Source: a virus (Duplodnaviria > Caudoviricetes). Taken from it: a stretch of 63,604 nt of DNA. The translations under genes and the position numbers were made by a program. The notes beneath the pieces are model-generated. The model worked only from the letters and a program-made list of their open reading frames with translations. It searched no databases and was not told where the DNA came from. This document shows, piece after piece, positions 33,411 to 43,339 of the stretch (its first letter is position 1; each line of letters starts with the position of its first letter). The stretch lies in the IMG/VR virus record IMGVR_UViG_3300033550_000003, positions 1-63,604 of that record; one strand, written 5' to 3'.

Positions 33411-34382
33411 ATGGACATCTCTTTTGGAACCGTTCCGGGCAACCTTAACACAACCATTGGCTATGGTGTTGCCGGATTCAATATGGTTCGTAGTCTACAG
33501 AAACTTGGGCATCGAGTGCCCTTCCAGGACAAGAATTGTCCTATTGAAATCTTCTTCTCTCAGCCAAATTTCTGGGAGTGGTCTAACCAACTTGGCTACC
33601 ATATCGGATATACACCATGGGAGTCAACCCAATTGCCACCGGGCTGGCTAGAGAACATGAATGCTGTGGATGAAGTATGGACAACCAGTGAAATTATTCG
33701 TAGATGGTACACAGCGGCTGGTGTCAAGAATGTAAAGGTCTATGCTCATGGAATTGATCCAGAGTGGACACCTCATAAGCGTATCGTACACAACGATAAG
33801 ATCAAATTCCTTCACATGGGTGAGCCTGCTCCTCGAAAGGGTGGACAAATGACTGTCAATGCTTTCAGAGCAGCATTTGGTGGACGTAAGGATGTTCATC
33901 TAACGATCAAGGCTCATGGATACAACACTACTCGTATTTATCAGGGTCAACACATTATTGGTGCGGTGGACGATATGCCCAACATCTCCCTTGTAACAAC
34001 TGAGCTACCTCAAGATCGTCTTGTTGGTTTCGTTAAGCAGCATCACGTAATGGTATATCCATCATGGGGAGAAGGATTCGGTCTCATCCCTTTCCAGGCA
34101 ATAGCCACAGGAATGCCTACGATCTGCACAGAAAAATGGGCACATTACGCTGACTATCTGGGACCTCTGGGCCTTGATTCAAAGCTAGCGGACTCACCAT
34201 GGCCCGGCATGCATCCAGGAAAGATGCTCGAACCAAGCTTTGACGATCTTGTTGATAAGTTCCGATATGCAGCAGATAATTTTTCTGATTTGAGTGATCA
34301 ATTCTACGCTCAGGCACCGAAACTTCACGTTGAGTACAACTGGGAGAAGCTTACCGAAGAGGCTTTCGCACACTTGATTTAG
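33411..34382 (+). CDS. GT-B fold (GT4) glycosyltransferase
   Basis: YTPWEST, HGID, PRKG, YPSWGEGFGLIPFQA.ATG.PTI; RBS AAGGAG. Confidence 0.88.
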   Translation: MDISFGTVPGNLNTTIGYGVAGFNMVRSLQKLGHRVPFQDKNCPIEIFFSQPNFWEWSNQLGYHIGYTPWESTQLPPGWLENMNAVDEVWTTSEIIRRWYTAAGVKNVKVYAHGIDPEWTPHKRIVHNDKIKFLHMGEPAPRKGGQMTVNAFRAAFGGRKDVHLTIKAHGYNTTRIYQGQHIIGAVDDMPNISLVTTELPQDRLVGFVKQHHVMVYPSWGEGFGLIPFQAIATGMPTICTEKWAHYADYLGPLGLDSKLADSPWPGMHPGKMLEPSFDDLVDKFRYAADNFSDLSDQFYAQAPKLHVEYNWEKLTEEAFAHLI

Positions 34383-34438
34383 ACAGTGATTTCAGGTACT
34401 ATGAATGAACTACGCGATGAAATAGGAGTTTTCTTTTT

Positions 34439-36385
34439 ATGACTTTGGTCGATGATAAGGGCTTCCTCAAGGACCCTTACCGAAACTTTATCCACACGTC
34501 TCGATACGCAAGATACCGAGATGATCTTAATAGGCGAGAGACGTATGTGGAAACCGTCGATCGATACCTCAACTACATTCGCAACAGTCTGATTATGAAT
34601 CATGGATATGGTCCCGAAGAAGAAGATTACAATCTTGTTCGGGATTTCATTCTTGAGCAGGCAGCAATGCCTTCTATGCGTGCCATGATGACAGCGGGCC
34701 CGGCGCTCGATAGAGACAATGTTGCAGCATACAACTGTAGTTATGTTACGATTGACGATGTCCGTGCATTCGATGAGGTTCTTTACATCCTCATGAATGG
34801 CACAGGAGTAGGCTTCTCTGTAGAAGAGAAGTATGTACGTAAGCTTCCAGTGATTGCTGAGGAATTTGAAGCAACTGAAACAGTTGTCAAGGTTGCCGAC
34901 AGCAAGGAAGGATGGGCACGAGCCTATCGAGAGATTCTAAGTCTTCTTTGGGGTGGAAGGATTCCTCGTTGGGACACCTCTAAGGTACGTCCAGCAGGCG
35001 CACGCCTAAAGACTTTTGGTGGTAGGGCATCTGGTCCCGGTCCACTTGAGCAGCTTTTCCAGTTCACGATTGACGTATTCCGTCGCGCGGCGGGAAGACA
35101 GCTCACCTCTCTTGAAGCACATGACCTTGTTTGTAAGATTGCAGAAGTAGTTGTTGTAGGTGGAGTAAGGCGTTCAGCTCTTATTTCTCTTTCCGACCTT
35201 TCTGATCTTCGACTGGCAACAGCGAAGGCAGGTAATTGGTGGGAGAACAACTCACAACGCGCTCTTGCCAATAACTCAGTAGCTTACACATGCAAGCCAG
35301 ATATGACAGCCTTTATGGCAGAGTGGAAGAATCTATACGATTCGAAGTCTGGTGAGCGAGGAATCTTCAATCGTCAGGCAGCAATCAAGCAGGCCGGTAA
35401 GAATGGACGTCGAGACACTGGATATGACTTTGGTACGAATCCTTGCTCAGAGATCATTCTTCGACCTAATCAGTTCTGTAACTTGACTGAGGTTGTTGTT
35501 CGACCAGAAGATACTGAGGAAAGTCTTTCAAGAAAGGTTCGAGCAGCTACAATTCTTGGAACGTGGCAGTCTACTCTTACTGATTTCAAGTATCTTCGAA
35601 AGATTTGGAAGAAGAATACAGAAGAAGAGCGTCTATTGGGCGTTTCTCTGACTGGTCAGTTTGGAAACAGGCTGATGTCTGGCCAGGAAGGTCTGGATAA
35701 GCTTTCAGACGCCCTTGATACGCTTAAGAACGTTGCTATTGAAGCAAATGCAATCATGGCAGATGCCATTGGTATTCCTCGTTCAACTGCGATTACCTGT
35801 GTCAAGCCTTCTGGAACTGTCAGTCAGCTTGTTGGTGTTCCTTCTGGAATGCACGCAGAGCATGATGAATTCTACATTCGAACGGTGCGAGGAGACGTTA
35901 AGGACCCTCTTACTCAGTTCCTTAAGGATTCAGGTGTTCCAAATGAGCCTGACGTAATGAAGCCTAATGACACTGTCGTATTCAGCTTTCCTAAGCGAGC
36001 AGCCGAAGGCGCACTGACCAGAAATGATCTCACCGCCATTCAGCACCTTGATATTTGGCTAACTTACCAGCGAGCCTGGTGTGAGCATAAGCCTTCTATC
36101 ACTGTCTCTGTAAAGGAACACGAATGGATGGAAGTTGGTGCTTGGGTTTACAAGCACTTCGATGAGGTTTCAGGAATTTCATTCCTTCCTTTCTCTGAGC
36201 ACACTTACAAGCAGGCTCCTTACCAGTCCATTACTGAGGCTGAGTACAAGGAATGGCTTGAGAAGATGCCTGAGAAGATCGAGTGGGATTTGCTTCCTAC
36301 TTATGAATTCGAGGACAACACATCTGGATCTCAGGAACTAGCTTGTTCCGCAGATGGTGGCTGTGAAGTGGTGGATATCGGCTAA
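34439..36385 (+). CDS. nrdJ: class II (adenosylcobalamin-dependent) ribonucleotide reductase
   Basis: PSMR.MMTAG, YNC, GGVRRSA, GTNPCSEI, CNLTEV, TCVKPSGTVSQL, C-terminal CSADGGC. Confidence 0.92.
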   Translation: MTLVDDKGFLKDPYRNFIHTSRYARYRDDLNRRETYVETVDRYLNYIRNSLIMNHGYGPEEEDYNLVRDFILEQAAMPSMRAMMTAGPALDRDNVAAYNCSYVTIDDVRAFDEVLYILMNGTGVGFSVEEKYVRKLPVIAEEFEATETVVKVADSKEGWARAYREILSLLWGGRIPRWDTSKVRPAGARLKTFGGRASGPGPLEQLFQFTIDVFRRAAGRQLTSLEAHDLVCKIAEVVVVGGVRRSALISLSDLSDLRLATAKAGNWWENNSQRALANNSVAYTCKPDMTAFMAEWKNLYDSKSGERGIFNRQAAIKQAGKNGRRDTGYDFGTNPCSEIILRPNQFCNLTEVVVRPEDTEESLSRKVRAATILGTWQSTLTDFKYLRKIWKKNTEEERLLGVSLTGQFGNRLMSGQEGLDKLSDALDTLKNVAIEANAIMADAIGIPRSTAITCVKPSGTVSQLVGVPSGMHAEHDEFYIRTVRGDVKDPLTQFLKDSGVPNEPDVMKPNDTVVFSFPKRAAEGALTRNDLTAIQHLDIWLTYQRAWCEHKPSITVSVKEHEWMEVGAWVYKHFDEVSGISFLPFSEHTYKQAPYQSITEAEYKEWLEKMPEKIEWDLLPTYEFEDNTSGSQELACSADGGCEVVDIG

Positions 36386-36621
36386 TGTGTGTTTCATGCG
36401 AAACCTATGATCATTCAAAGAATTGTGGCCCTTCATGCAAGGATCACGACTACCAAATAAATGAGGCATGGTCAGATGAAGATATGACTATGTGGACCTG
36501 CACGAGGTGCGGTTCCTGTACAACTCAGGATGCTGGATATTGTCCAGGAAGTATTTCTCACATGCATCATGGAGATTACTACATGGGTTACGCATGTGAA
36601 TACTGCCATTGTGCAGATTAG
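36385..36621 (+). CDS. Cys/His-rich small protein
   Basis: Multiple CxxC; TAATG coupling. Confidence 0.6.
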   Translation: MCVSCETYDHSKNCGPSCKDHDYQINEAWSDEDMTMWTCTRCGSCTTQDAGYCPGSISHMHHGDYYMGYACEYCHCAD

Positions 36622-36698
36622 TGAATTGGCTGAGCGAAAGCTCAGCCTTTTTGCTTTTTCAGAAGAAAAGCAATACACTACGAGGGAGGTGAAAATAT

Positions 36699-36815
36699 AT
36701 GAGTGATGAACTATATGTTCCTTTCGACGCAGACGAGGACTTCGATCCTGGTTATGACGCCGATGAAGATATTGAAGTCACCGAAGCACATGCAAAGGAG
36801 GTAAATAATGCCTAA
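36699..36815 (+). CDS. 38-aa acidic peptide
   Basis: MSDELYVPFDADEDFDPGYD...; RBS GGAGG; promoter TTGCTT-N17-TACACT. Confidence 0.55.
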   Translation: MSDELYVPFDADEDFDPGYDADEDIEVTEAHAKEVNNA

Positions 36816-37815
36816 TGCATGGATGCCCGGTGCAAGAGTAATGGCCGCATCAGTTGATGGCGGTGCAATGGAAGGTGGACCTAAGAAGGTCGTCTGGCAC
36901 ACAGTAGAAGCTTCTTATAGCGTAAGTGCTGCAAGCATGGCCAACTACTTGAACGGTGCTAGAAACTCCGTACACCTTTGTTGGAATCCAGTTACGGGTG
37001 AGATTGTCCAGATGATTCCTGCAAATCGTGCAGGACGAGGTCTAGAGAATCGTTCCGGCGGAGTTCAGACAAATAGGGGTGGATCTGTAGTTATTCAGAT
37101 TGAGGTTGTTGCTCAGGCAAAGAATCCTTTTACGGACACTGTCTGCAAGAATCTTGATAAGATTATGGATTGGCTGCGATCATGGGGAATTCCAGATGTT
37201 TGGCCAGCAGGTAATCCTGGTGGATCAGAAATGTATGGTCCTAATCCACAGAGAACTACTTCTAATTGGTCAAAGAGTGGACACTTCACTCACAGCCAGG
37301 TTCCAGAAAATAGCCACTGGGATGCAGGAAGAATCAATACTCAGAAGATTCTCGCGGCTGGTACAAAGAATACTACAACGCCTAGACCTCCAGCGTCCAC
37401 TGTTTATACAGTAAAGCGAGGAGACACCCTTTGGGAGCTTTCACAGAATTGGAAGACGACTGTTTCAGCGATCAAGTCATTGAACGGTCTAAAGTCCGAT
37501 ATGCTTGACATTGGTCAGAAGCTAAAGATTCCTGGAAAGACGAGCACTCCTGTCCCTCCAAAGCCGCTTGTTCCATTCTCAGGTATTCCTAAGAATACAA
37601 ATGTTGGCAGTAAGTCAGCCATTTGGACTGAAATGGGTAAGCGACTTGTTGCAGAGGGATGCGGACTTTATCAGCAGAGTCCAGGCCCAACACTTAGTGA
37701 GACCGATATTCGTTCCTACGAAAAGTGGCAGCGAAAGTTGGGATACTCTGGTGACGCTGCAAAGTGGCCGCCTGGCAAGGATAGCTGGACAAAGTTGCGA
37801 GTACCAAAGCCATAA
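36808..37815 (+). CDS. endolysin (amidase-type catalytic domain + LysM + C-terminal PG-binding domain)
   Basis: VVWHTVE, IQIEV, HSQVPENSHWDAG; LysM YTVKRGDTLW...GQKLKIP. Confidence 0.85.
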   Translation: MPNAWMPGARVMAASVDGGAMEGGPKKVVWHTVEASYSVSAASMANYLNGARNSVHLCWNPVTGEIVQMIPANRAGRGLENRSGGVQTNRGGSVVIQIEVVAQAKNPFTDTVCKNLDKIMDWLRSWGIPDVWPAGNPGGSEMYGPNPQRTTSNWSKSGHFTHSQVPENSHWDAGRINTQKILAAGTKNTTTPRPPASTVYTVKRGDTLWELSQNWKTTVSAIKSLNGLKSDMLDIGQKLKIPGKTSTPVPPKPLVPFSGIPKNTNVGSKSAIWTEMGKRLVAEGCGLYQQSPGPTLSETDIRSYEKWQRKLGYSGDAAKWPPGKDSWTKLRVPKP

Positions 37816-37892
37816 GCTATACTAAGGATACGACCTATGGAAATGAGTCCGGGTCGTCTGTGCGTCTTCGTGCAGCTTCCTTAGGAATGGTT
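37815..37892 (+). ncRNA. candidate structured RNA (three-way junction)
   Basis: CTAAGGA/TCCTTAG, ACGACC/GGTCGT, CTGTGCG/CGTGCAG helices. Confidence 0.35.
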
Positions 37893-37906
37893 ATATATTA
37901 CTGTCA

Positions 37907-37930
37907 GTGCCCCTCTTCGGAGGGGCATTT
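37907..37930 (+). terminator. terminator
   Basis: TGCCCCTC-TTCG-GAGGGGCA-TTT. Confidence 0.75.
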
Positions 37931-37955
37931 GGCATTTCCATGGTAAAATGCCAGT

Positions 37956-39698
37956 ATGTCTTATCAACTACAAGTACAAGCAGACGCTCCGTTTTCCTTT
38001 TGGAAGCTGGATGGATCTGGTCCAACCTACGATGATTCGGCCGGTAGCCTAAGACAGGCTGATTTGGTCGGTTCTGCTGTCCTGTCGTCTGCCCTTGTAG
38101 CAGGCTCAGGCAACGCTCTCGTATTGTCTAATACGAACCGTATCGAAATGGACGATCCTGTTTTTAACAAAGGCTACGAGCAGCGTGCGTTCACTCTAGA
38201 GGCATGGGTCAAGCCTATTGACGTAACTGGCCCGGTGAGTGTAATGAGTCATTCATCTACATATGATGGTCTAGTAATTACAGACGATGAAATCATTTTC
38301 ACAACAAAATACGTAACGGTGGGAGAATGCAAGACTTCTTACAGATATTCTGTCAATAAGTCTTACCATGTTGTAGGAGTTCACAATAATGGAAGGAATT
38401 CTCTCTATGTCGACGGAGTTCTTGTTGCTGAAACAGATCTTTCAGAAGATCAGCAGACAGGTGTTTATGATTTCCTGACATCTGATCTTATTGCTGGACA
38501 GTCGGGAACTGCTTCGAAGATTTCATTTGATGCTCCGGCTATTTACGTCGGAACTCTTTCATCAGAAATCATTGCAAAGCATTACGCATCAGGAATTAAT
38601 GTTCCAGAGAGTGAAACTATTGCGTCATATAACCAAGGAACATTTTGGAACTTCTCTGACGAAGCAAGAACAATTGCCATCACAAAAACTTGGGATCTTG
38701 ATGTAGAGTGGCAAGAGGGTGTCATCACTGATACTGTCGTAGCCAACAATACAATTGTTCCATTCTATTCGACCTCAGAATCAGAGGTAATCGTCGACGG
38801 GTTGCCAACAACAGTATTCACAAACACTTCTTTGGCTGGCACCTGGCAAAGCTCACTAGAATTGAGTGGAGTCCCAGAAGCCACCCTTGCAGAAGGAAGA
38901 CTTGACTGGTATGGAGAAGGTGGATTCACAATTGAATACTCTCTTGACGGAATTACCTGGAAGGTCCCTTCGGATATGGCATCAGAGTCTTTTGTCAACA
39001 CAGACTCTATCGATGTAAGGGTTTCTTTCACCGGAGGAGTCGTTGATGACCCTAGTTTCGTTGACTATATAAATCTTGTTGTATACACAGACAAAGAGTT
39101 TGCTGGGTCTCTAAACAATAGATTCGCCAGCTTTACTGGTGTTGGAGTAACCAGCAAGAATTACTATGAACCTATTGAGTACGCTGATTTTAATGGAATC
39201 GATATCGCAACTGGAGAAATCACCATTACTATGGATGCCTCTTTTAACGGAGAGGAAGAAACTCCAGATCAGTTGTACATTACAGGATTTGATTTGTGGA
39301 CAAAGGCTGCGGCAGGAAATATTGTAACGGCCGGTGCAAATACAATCACAAGATCCGGAAACACAATTGTATTCTCTGGATTCAGCGCGGTAACTGTAAA
39401 TGGTGAACTTGTGACAACAGGAGCAACTGTCTTTGGAAATGACGACTGGATGCATATTGGTGCGGTTCTAACTACTCCACTCAATCCAACAATCATTGTT
39501 GGAGATGATGGATCATCTGTTGCTCAATTTTCTGCACTCTATGGAGACATTGATGGAACAGGAATGCAGCAAATTTATGATGCATATCTTGGTCTTCCAG
39601 GAGTCGTCGTTGATGACAGCTCTCCAATAACAATTTCTCAACCAGCTAATCCAACCAAGCTATATTCCAATATCTGGGGAATCACTCCAGCGGGATAA
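37956..39698 (+). CDS. LamG/concanavalin-like virion protein
   Basis: P.SFWKLD, FTLEAWVKP, YHVVGV, LYVDG. Confidence 0.75.
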   Translation: MSYQLQVQADAPFSFWKLDGSGPTYDDSAGSLRQADLVGSAVLSSALVAGSGNALVLSNTNRIEMDDPVFNKGYEQRAFTLEAWVKPIDVTGPVSVMSHSSTYDGLVITDDEIIFTTKYVTVGECKTSYRYSVNKSYHVVGVHNNGRNSLYVDGVLVAETDLSEDQQTGVYDFLTSDLIAGQSGTASKISFDAPAIYVGTLSSEIIAKHYASGINVPESETIASYNQGTFWNFSDEARTIAITKTWDLDVEWQEGVITDTVVANNTIVPFYSTSESEVIVDGLPTTVFTNTSLAGTWQSSLELSGVPEATLAEGRLDWYGEGGFTIEYSLDGITWKVPSDMASESFVNTDSIDVRVSFTGGVVDDPSFVDYINLVVYTDKEFAGSLNNRFASFTGVGVTSKNYYEPIEYADFNGIDIATGEITITMDASFNGEEETPDQLYITGFDLWTKAAAGNIVTAGANTITRSGNTIVFSGFSAVTVNGELVTTGATVFGNDDWMHIGAVLTTPLNPTIIVGDDGSSVAQFSALYGDIDGTGMQQIYDAYLGLPGVVVDDSSPITISQPANPTKLYSNIWGITPAG

Positions 39699-39761
39699 CA
39701 CAATGGCCCTCATGTCGAGGGCCATTTTGCTTTTTAACGTCAATGTCTTTATGATATTCCC

Positions 39762-40097
39762 ATGTCAGAACAGAAATATAGGGTAATCGAGGAAGCCAAG
39801 TATGGCGTCTACGTATGGGAAATGCCTGACGGCCGATGGGTCGGAGACGAAGAAGGCAATTTCCTTTGTGTGGCAGCCATGAAGGGCAGCGAAGTAAAGC
39901 TGAAAATGCTTCGTGACGCTGTCAAGCACTATGGCATTCTCGTCGGAAAACCAGTTTTCCTGTCTGGCCATCGAAAGGTGACAGATGAGGAATTTGAGCA
40001 TCAAAAGCAGCGAGCGGCATGGGGTCTAATCCCAGACGACCATGATATTCCTGCCCTCGTGAGTGAAGAAATTTACAAGGAGAGACATGGCACATAA
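39762..40097 (+). CDS. hypothetical protein upstream of portal (leaderless)
   Basis: TTGCTT-N17-TATGAT, then ATG 6 nt later. Confidence 0.75.
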   Translation: MSEQKYRVIEEAKYGVYVWEMPDGRWVGDEEGNFLCVAAMKGSEVKLKMLRDAVKHYGILVGKPVFLSGHRKVTDEEFEHQKQRAAWGLIPDDHDIPALVSEEIYKERHGT

Positions 40098-41664
40098 TCG
40101 AGTTGTAGAGGCCGAGCCAGAAGAAGAGAGAGTAATCGAAGTATCTCTTGGCTCAGAATACAATCGTGGAATTGAACACGATCCTGATCCATTTGCTAAG
40201 AAGGCTTCTGAACTCAATGAAATGGAAGGACTCTCTCGGTCCTTCAAAATCAGCACCACAAAGCAACTTCAAAAGTTCTATCGTGGTGTCGATGGTGCTG
40301 CCTCAAAGAAGGAGGAAACAGAGGACGTTACTGGCTACAATGCCTTTAAGGTCATGCTTCCCCCTTACAATCTCGATTATTTGGCAAAGCTCTACGAGGT
40401 GTCACCACCTCACTACTCAGCTGTAAAAGCTAAGGTAGCCAACATTGTTGGTCTAGGCTACGACTTCATTCTGAGTCCAAACGCAAAAATGGCGGTGGAC
40501 AAGATTGAGACCGAAGAAAAGACCAAGAAAATGCGAGCAAGACTTGAAAGAGAAAAGCAGAAGCTATTTGATTGGATTGCTAGCTGCAATGAGGAAGACG
40601 ATTTCATTGAAACCCTGATCAAGGTATGGACGGATTACGAAGTCACCGGAAACGGATACCTTGAAATCGGCAGAACCACTAGTGGATCAATTGGTTATAT
40701 TGGTCACGTACCATCAACCACAATGAGAATTCGCCAGCGAAGAGATGGATTCGTCCAGATCATTTCGAACAAGGCGGTATTTTTCCGTAACTTTGGAGAT
40801 CAGAAAACTCCTAATCCTGTGGGATCGGATACTCGTCCAAACGAGGTTATCCACATCAAGAAGTATTCACCAACCAATGGATTCTATGGAGTTCCTGACG
40901 TCGTTGCTGCAAAGGCAGCGGTAGCAGGTAATGAATTCGCCACACGATTCAACCTTGATTACTTTGAGAACAAGGCAGTGCCTCGTTACGTTATCGTAAT
41001 TAAGGGTGGACGACTAAGCCCGGCAGCGGAAAGAAGAATCACAGAGTTCTTCCAGACATCGCTAAAGGGTAAGAATCACAGAACTCTATACGTTCCACTA
41101 CCACCTGACGAGCAGGAAAGAAAGACTTCTTTCGAAATGAAGCCGGTGGAAGCGGGAACCCAGGATTCATCATTCAATAACTATCGTAAGGGAAACCTGT
41201 CAGACATTCTTATGGCTCACAGAGTTCCACTTTCAAAGGTAGGTCTTGCAGAGGGTGTCAGCCTAGCAGTTGCACGTGACGCAGACAAGACTTTCAAGGA
41301 GCAGGTGTGCCGTCCTGAGCAAACCATCTTTGAAAACAAGCTGAATAAGATCATTAAGGAAGTCACAGACGTATTCCTTATCCATCTAAATGAGCTTTCA
41401 CTTACCGACGAAGACACTCAGTCTAAGATCGATGAGCGCTACATTAGAAATCAGGTTGTTGTTCCTAACGAGATTCGTGCTCGAAAGGGTCTTCCTGGTC
41501 TTGATGGTGGAGACAAGGTTGTTCAGCAAGGAGCCCAGGCAAACGCTGAGGCGAGGGCTCAAACAAATCAAACAAGAAGCCGTGATGCAGAACGCTCAGC
41601 TAATTCTCCAGATAGATCTGGGGAGGCTAGGCAGCCTCAGGGCGAAGGACGTGCTACAGGATGA
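40087..41664 (+). CDS. portal protein
   Basis: D...TGNGYLE, EVIHIK.YSP...YGVP, YFENKAVP, AHRVP, PNEIR...GLP. Confidence 0.9.
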   Translation: MAHNRVVEAEPEEERVIEVSLGSEYNRGIEHDPDPFAKKASELNEMEGLSRSFKISTTKQLQKFYRGVDGAASKKEETEDVTGYNAFKVMLPPYNLDYLAKLYEVSPPHYSAVKAKVANIVGLGYDFILSPNAKMAVDKIETEEKTKKMRARLEREKQKLFDWIASCNEEDDFIETLIKVWTDYEVTGNGYLEIGRTTSGSIGYIGHVPSTTMRIRQRRDGFVQIISNKAVFFRNFGDQKTPNPVGSDTRPNEVIHIKKYSPTNGFYGVPDVVAAKAAVAGNEFATRFNLDYFENKAVPRYVIVIKGGRLSPAAERRITEFFQTSLKGKNHRTLYVPLPPDEQERKTSFEMKPVEAGTQDSSFNNYRKGNLSDILMAHRVPLSKVGLAEGVSLAVARDADKTFKEQVCRPEQTIFENKLNKIIKEVTDVFLIHLNELSLTDEDTQSKIDERYIRNQVVVPNEIRARKGLPGLDGGDKVVQQGAQANAEARAQTNQTRSRDAERSANSPDRSGEARQPQGEGRATG

Positions 41665-42086
41665 CAGTTGATGAAATGGCCCGGAACCTAAGACGGCCGA
41701 TCAATATTTCGGCCATTTCAATTATGGGAGCATACACCTCTCTATGGGGTGTATGGCTTCTTCTTCCATGGGACTCACTTAAAATGAATATGAGTTACAA
41801 TACCATTAATAACGTTGAGCCTTTAATTGGAGGCGTGGCTATTGTTATTGGTTTGCTCATGTTCTATGGAGCATGGAAAACAAGTTACAAAGCTCTAAGA
41901 CGCGGTGCAGCAGCAGGTCACTATTTCTGGTTCGTAATGACACTCATCAGTTTGACCACTTGTTGGCAATGTGCATCTTGGATTACTTCGTTGATGGTAA
42001 CAATTTACTGCGTTTTTATTGCAGCAAATCTGAAAGTCAACAAGAATTTGCTTGATAACAAAAACACTAATAACATAAAGCCATGA
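41661..42086 (+). CDS. four-TM membrane protein (possible holin)
   Basis: Four hydrophobic segments. Confidence 0.6.
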   Translation: MTVDEMARNLRRPINISAISIMGAYTSLWGVWLLLPWDSLKMNMSYNTINNVEPLIGGVAIVIGLLMFYGAWKTSYKALRRGAAAGHYFWFVMTLISLTTCWQCASWITSLMVTIYCVFIAANLKVNKNLLDNKNTNNIKP

Positions 42087-43312
42087 AGATTGAGAAGGCA
42101 TCCTGGCAGGCCGATGAACATACCGTTCGTCTTTCTATGCCAATTGCAAAGTACGATGCTGAAACTCGTCAGGTAAGTGGTTTCGCCACTCTTGATAATT
42201 TCGATTCTCATGGAGACGTTGTTCTCTCCGAAGCGAGCCAGAAGGCTTTCTCTCGATTTAGAGGCAATATCCGCGAGATGCATCAACCTATTGCAGTGGG
42301 AAAGCTCGTTGATTTCAGGGAAGAAGAATTCTACGACCCAGGAACTCAGAAGTTTTACCGAGGCATTTATGCGACTGCATATGTTTCAAAGGGTGCTCAG
42401 GACACATGGGAAAAGGTACTAGATGGTACCCTTACCGGTTTCAGCATTGGTGGAAACATCATTGATTCCGACACCGAATGGAACAAGGATGCTGGCCAGT
42501 CTGTACGATTCATCAAGGACTACGAGCTGATTGAGCTTTCCCTTGTGGATAATCCAGCCAACCAGCTTGCCAATATTTTCAGCATTCAAAAGACTGCTGA
42601 TGGCTCTGTTATGAAGGGCATGGTTGTAGAAACCTCAGTAGAAAACGTCTTTTGGTGTCCATCAGATGAAATCGCTAAGACTTCTACCGATGAGTCTACC
42701 AATTGTTCGGCGTGTGGAAAAGACATGAAGAACATTGGATGGTTTGAAACTGGTACAGAAAAAACCGAAAAGGTTAAAATGATCATTGATCAGTTTATGG
42801 ACACTGCTGAAAAAGGAGGTGCAGACCAAGTGACAAAGAATGATGAGGTAGTCGAGGAGACTCCAGTCGAAGAGGCTACAGCGGAAGTTGTAGAGGATGA
42901 GGCTGTTGAGGCTACCGACGAAACGGCAGTAGATGCAGAAGAAGACGGCGTAGAAGAGCCTTCTTTCGAAAAGATGCTTGAAATGGTTCAGGACACTATT
43001 ACAAAGAGCCTGGAGCAGAATAGAGAAGCTACTGCGGAGGAAATTAGCACTATTAAGAGCAAGGTTGAGGAAATCAACAAGGCTTTTGATTCAAAGTTTT
43101 CTGAGCTAGTCGAAAAGCACGGCGAGCTTAGCAAGAAGTTTGACAGTCTAAACGAGCAGCACGAAGAAGTCTCAAAGAGGCTTGACAGTGTTGAAAGTGA
43201 GACTGCAATCAAGAAGTCCGGCGACGTTGGCGCGTCAAAGGAGACGATCACCAAGAAGAGTGATTCAAAGTGGGGCGGACACTTCCTCATGAACACGTCC
43301 GACATTAGATAA
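42083..43312 (+). CDS. capsid maturation protease with acidic/coiled-coil scaffold extension
   Basis: VSGFAT...DSHGD, IREMHQ..AVGK, TGFSIGG, ELSLVDNPAN. Confidence 0.88.
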   Translation: MKIEKASWQADEHTVRLSMPIAKYDAETRQVSGFATLDNFDSHGDVVLSEASQKAFSRFRGNIREMHQPIAVGKLVDFREEEFYDPGTQKFYRGIYATAYVSKGAQDTWEKVLDGTLTGFSIGGNIIDSDTEWNKDAGQSVRFIKDYELIELSLVDNPANQLANIFSIQKTADGSVMKGMVVETSVENVFWCPSDEIAKTSTDESTNCSACGKDMKNIGWFETGTEKTEKVKMIIDQFMDTAEKGGADQVTKNDEVVEETPVEEATAEVVEDEAVEATDETAVDAEEDGVEEPSFEKMLEMVQDTITKSLEQNREATAEEISTIKSKVEEINKAFDSKFSELVEKHGELSKKFDSLNEQHEEVSKRLDSVESETAIKKSGDVGASKETITKKSDSKWGGHFLMNTSDIR

Positions 43313-43339
43313 GAAAAGGAAAGAGGTGAATAACAACAA

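Noticed and set aside
34439-36385. Intein or intron in the RNR (also checked thyX, portal, MCP)
   Set aside because: Normal lengths, continuous frames and no intein motifs seen.
37815-37892. Hammerhead ribozyme
   Set aside because: Three-way junction present, but the CUGANGA/GAAA core is not correctly placed on either strand.
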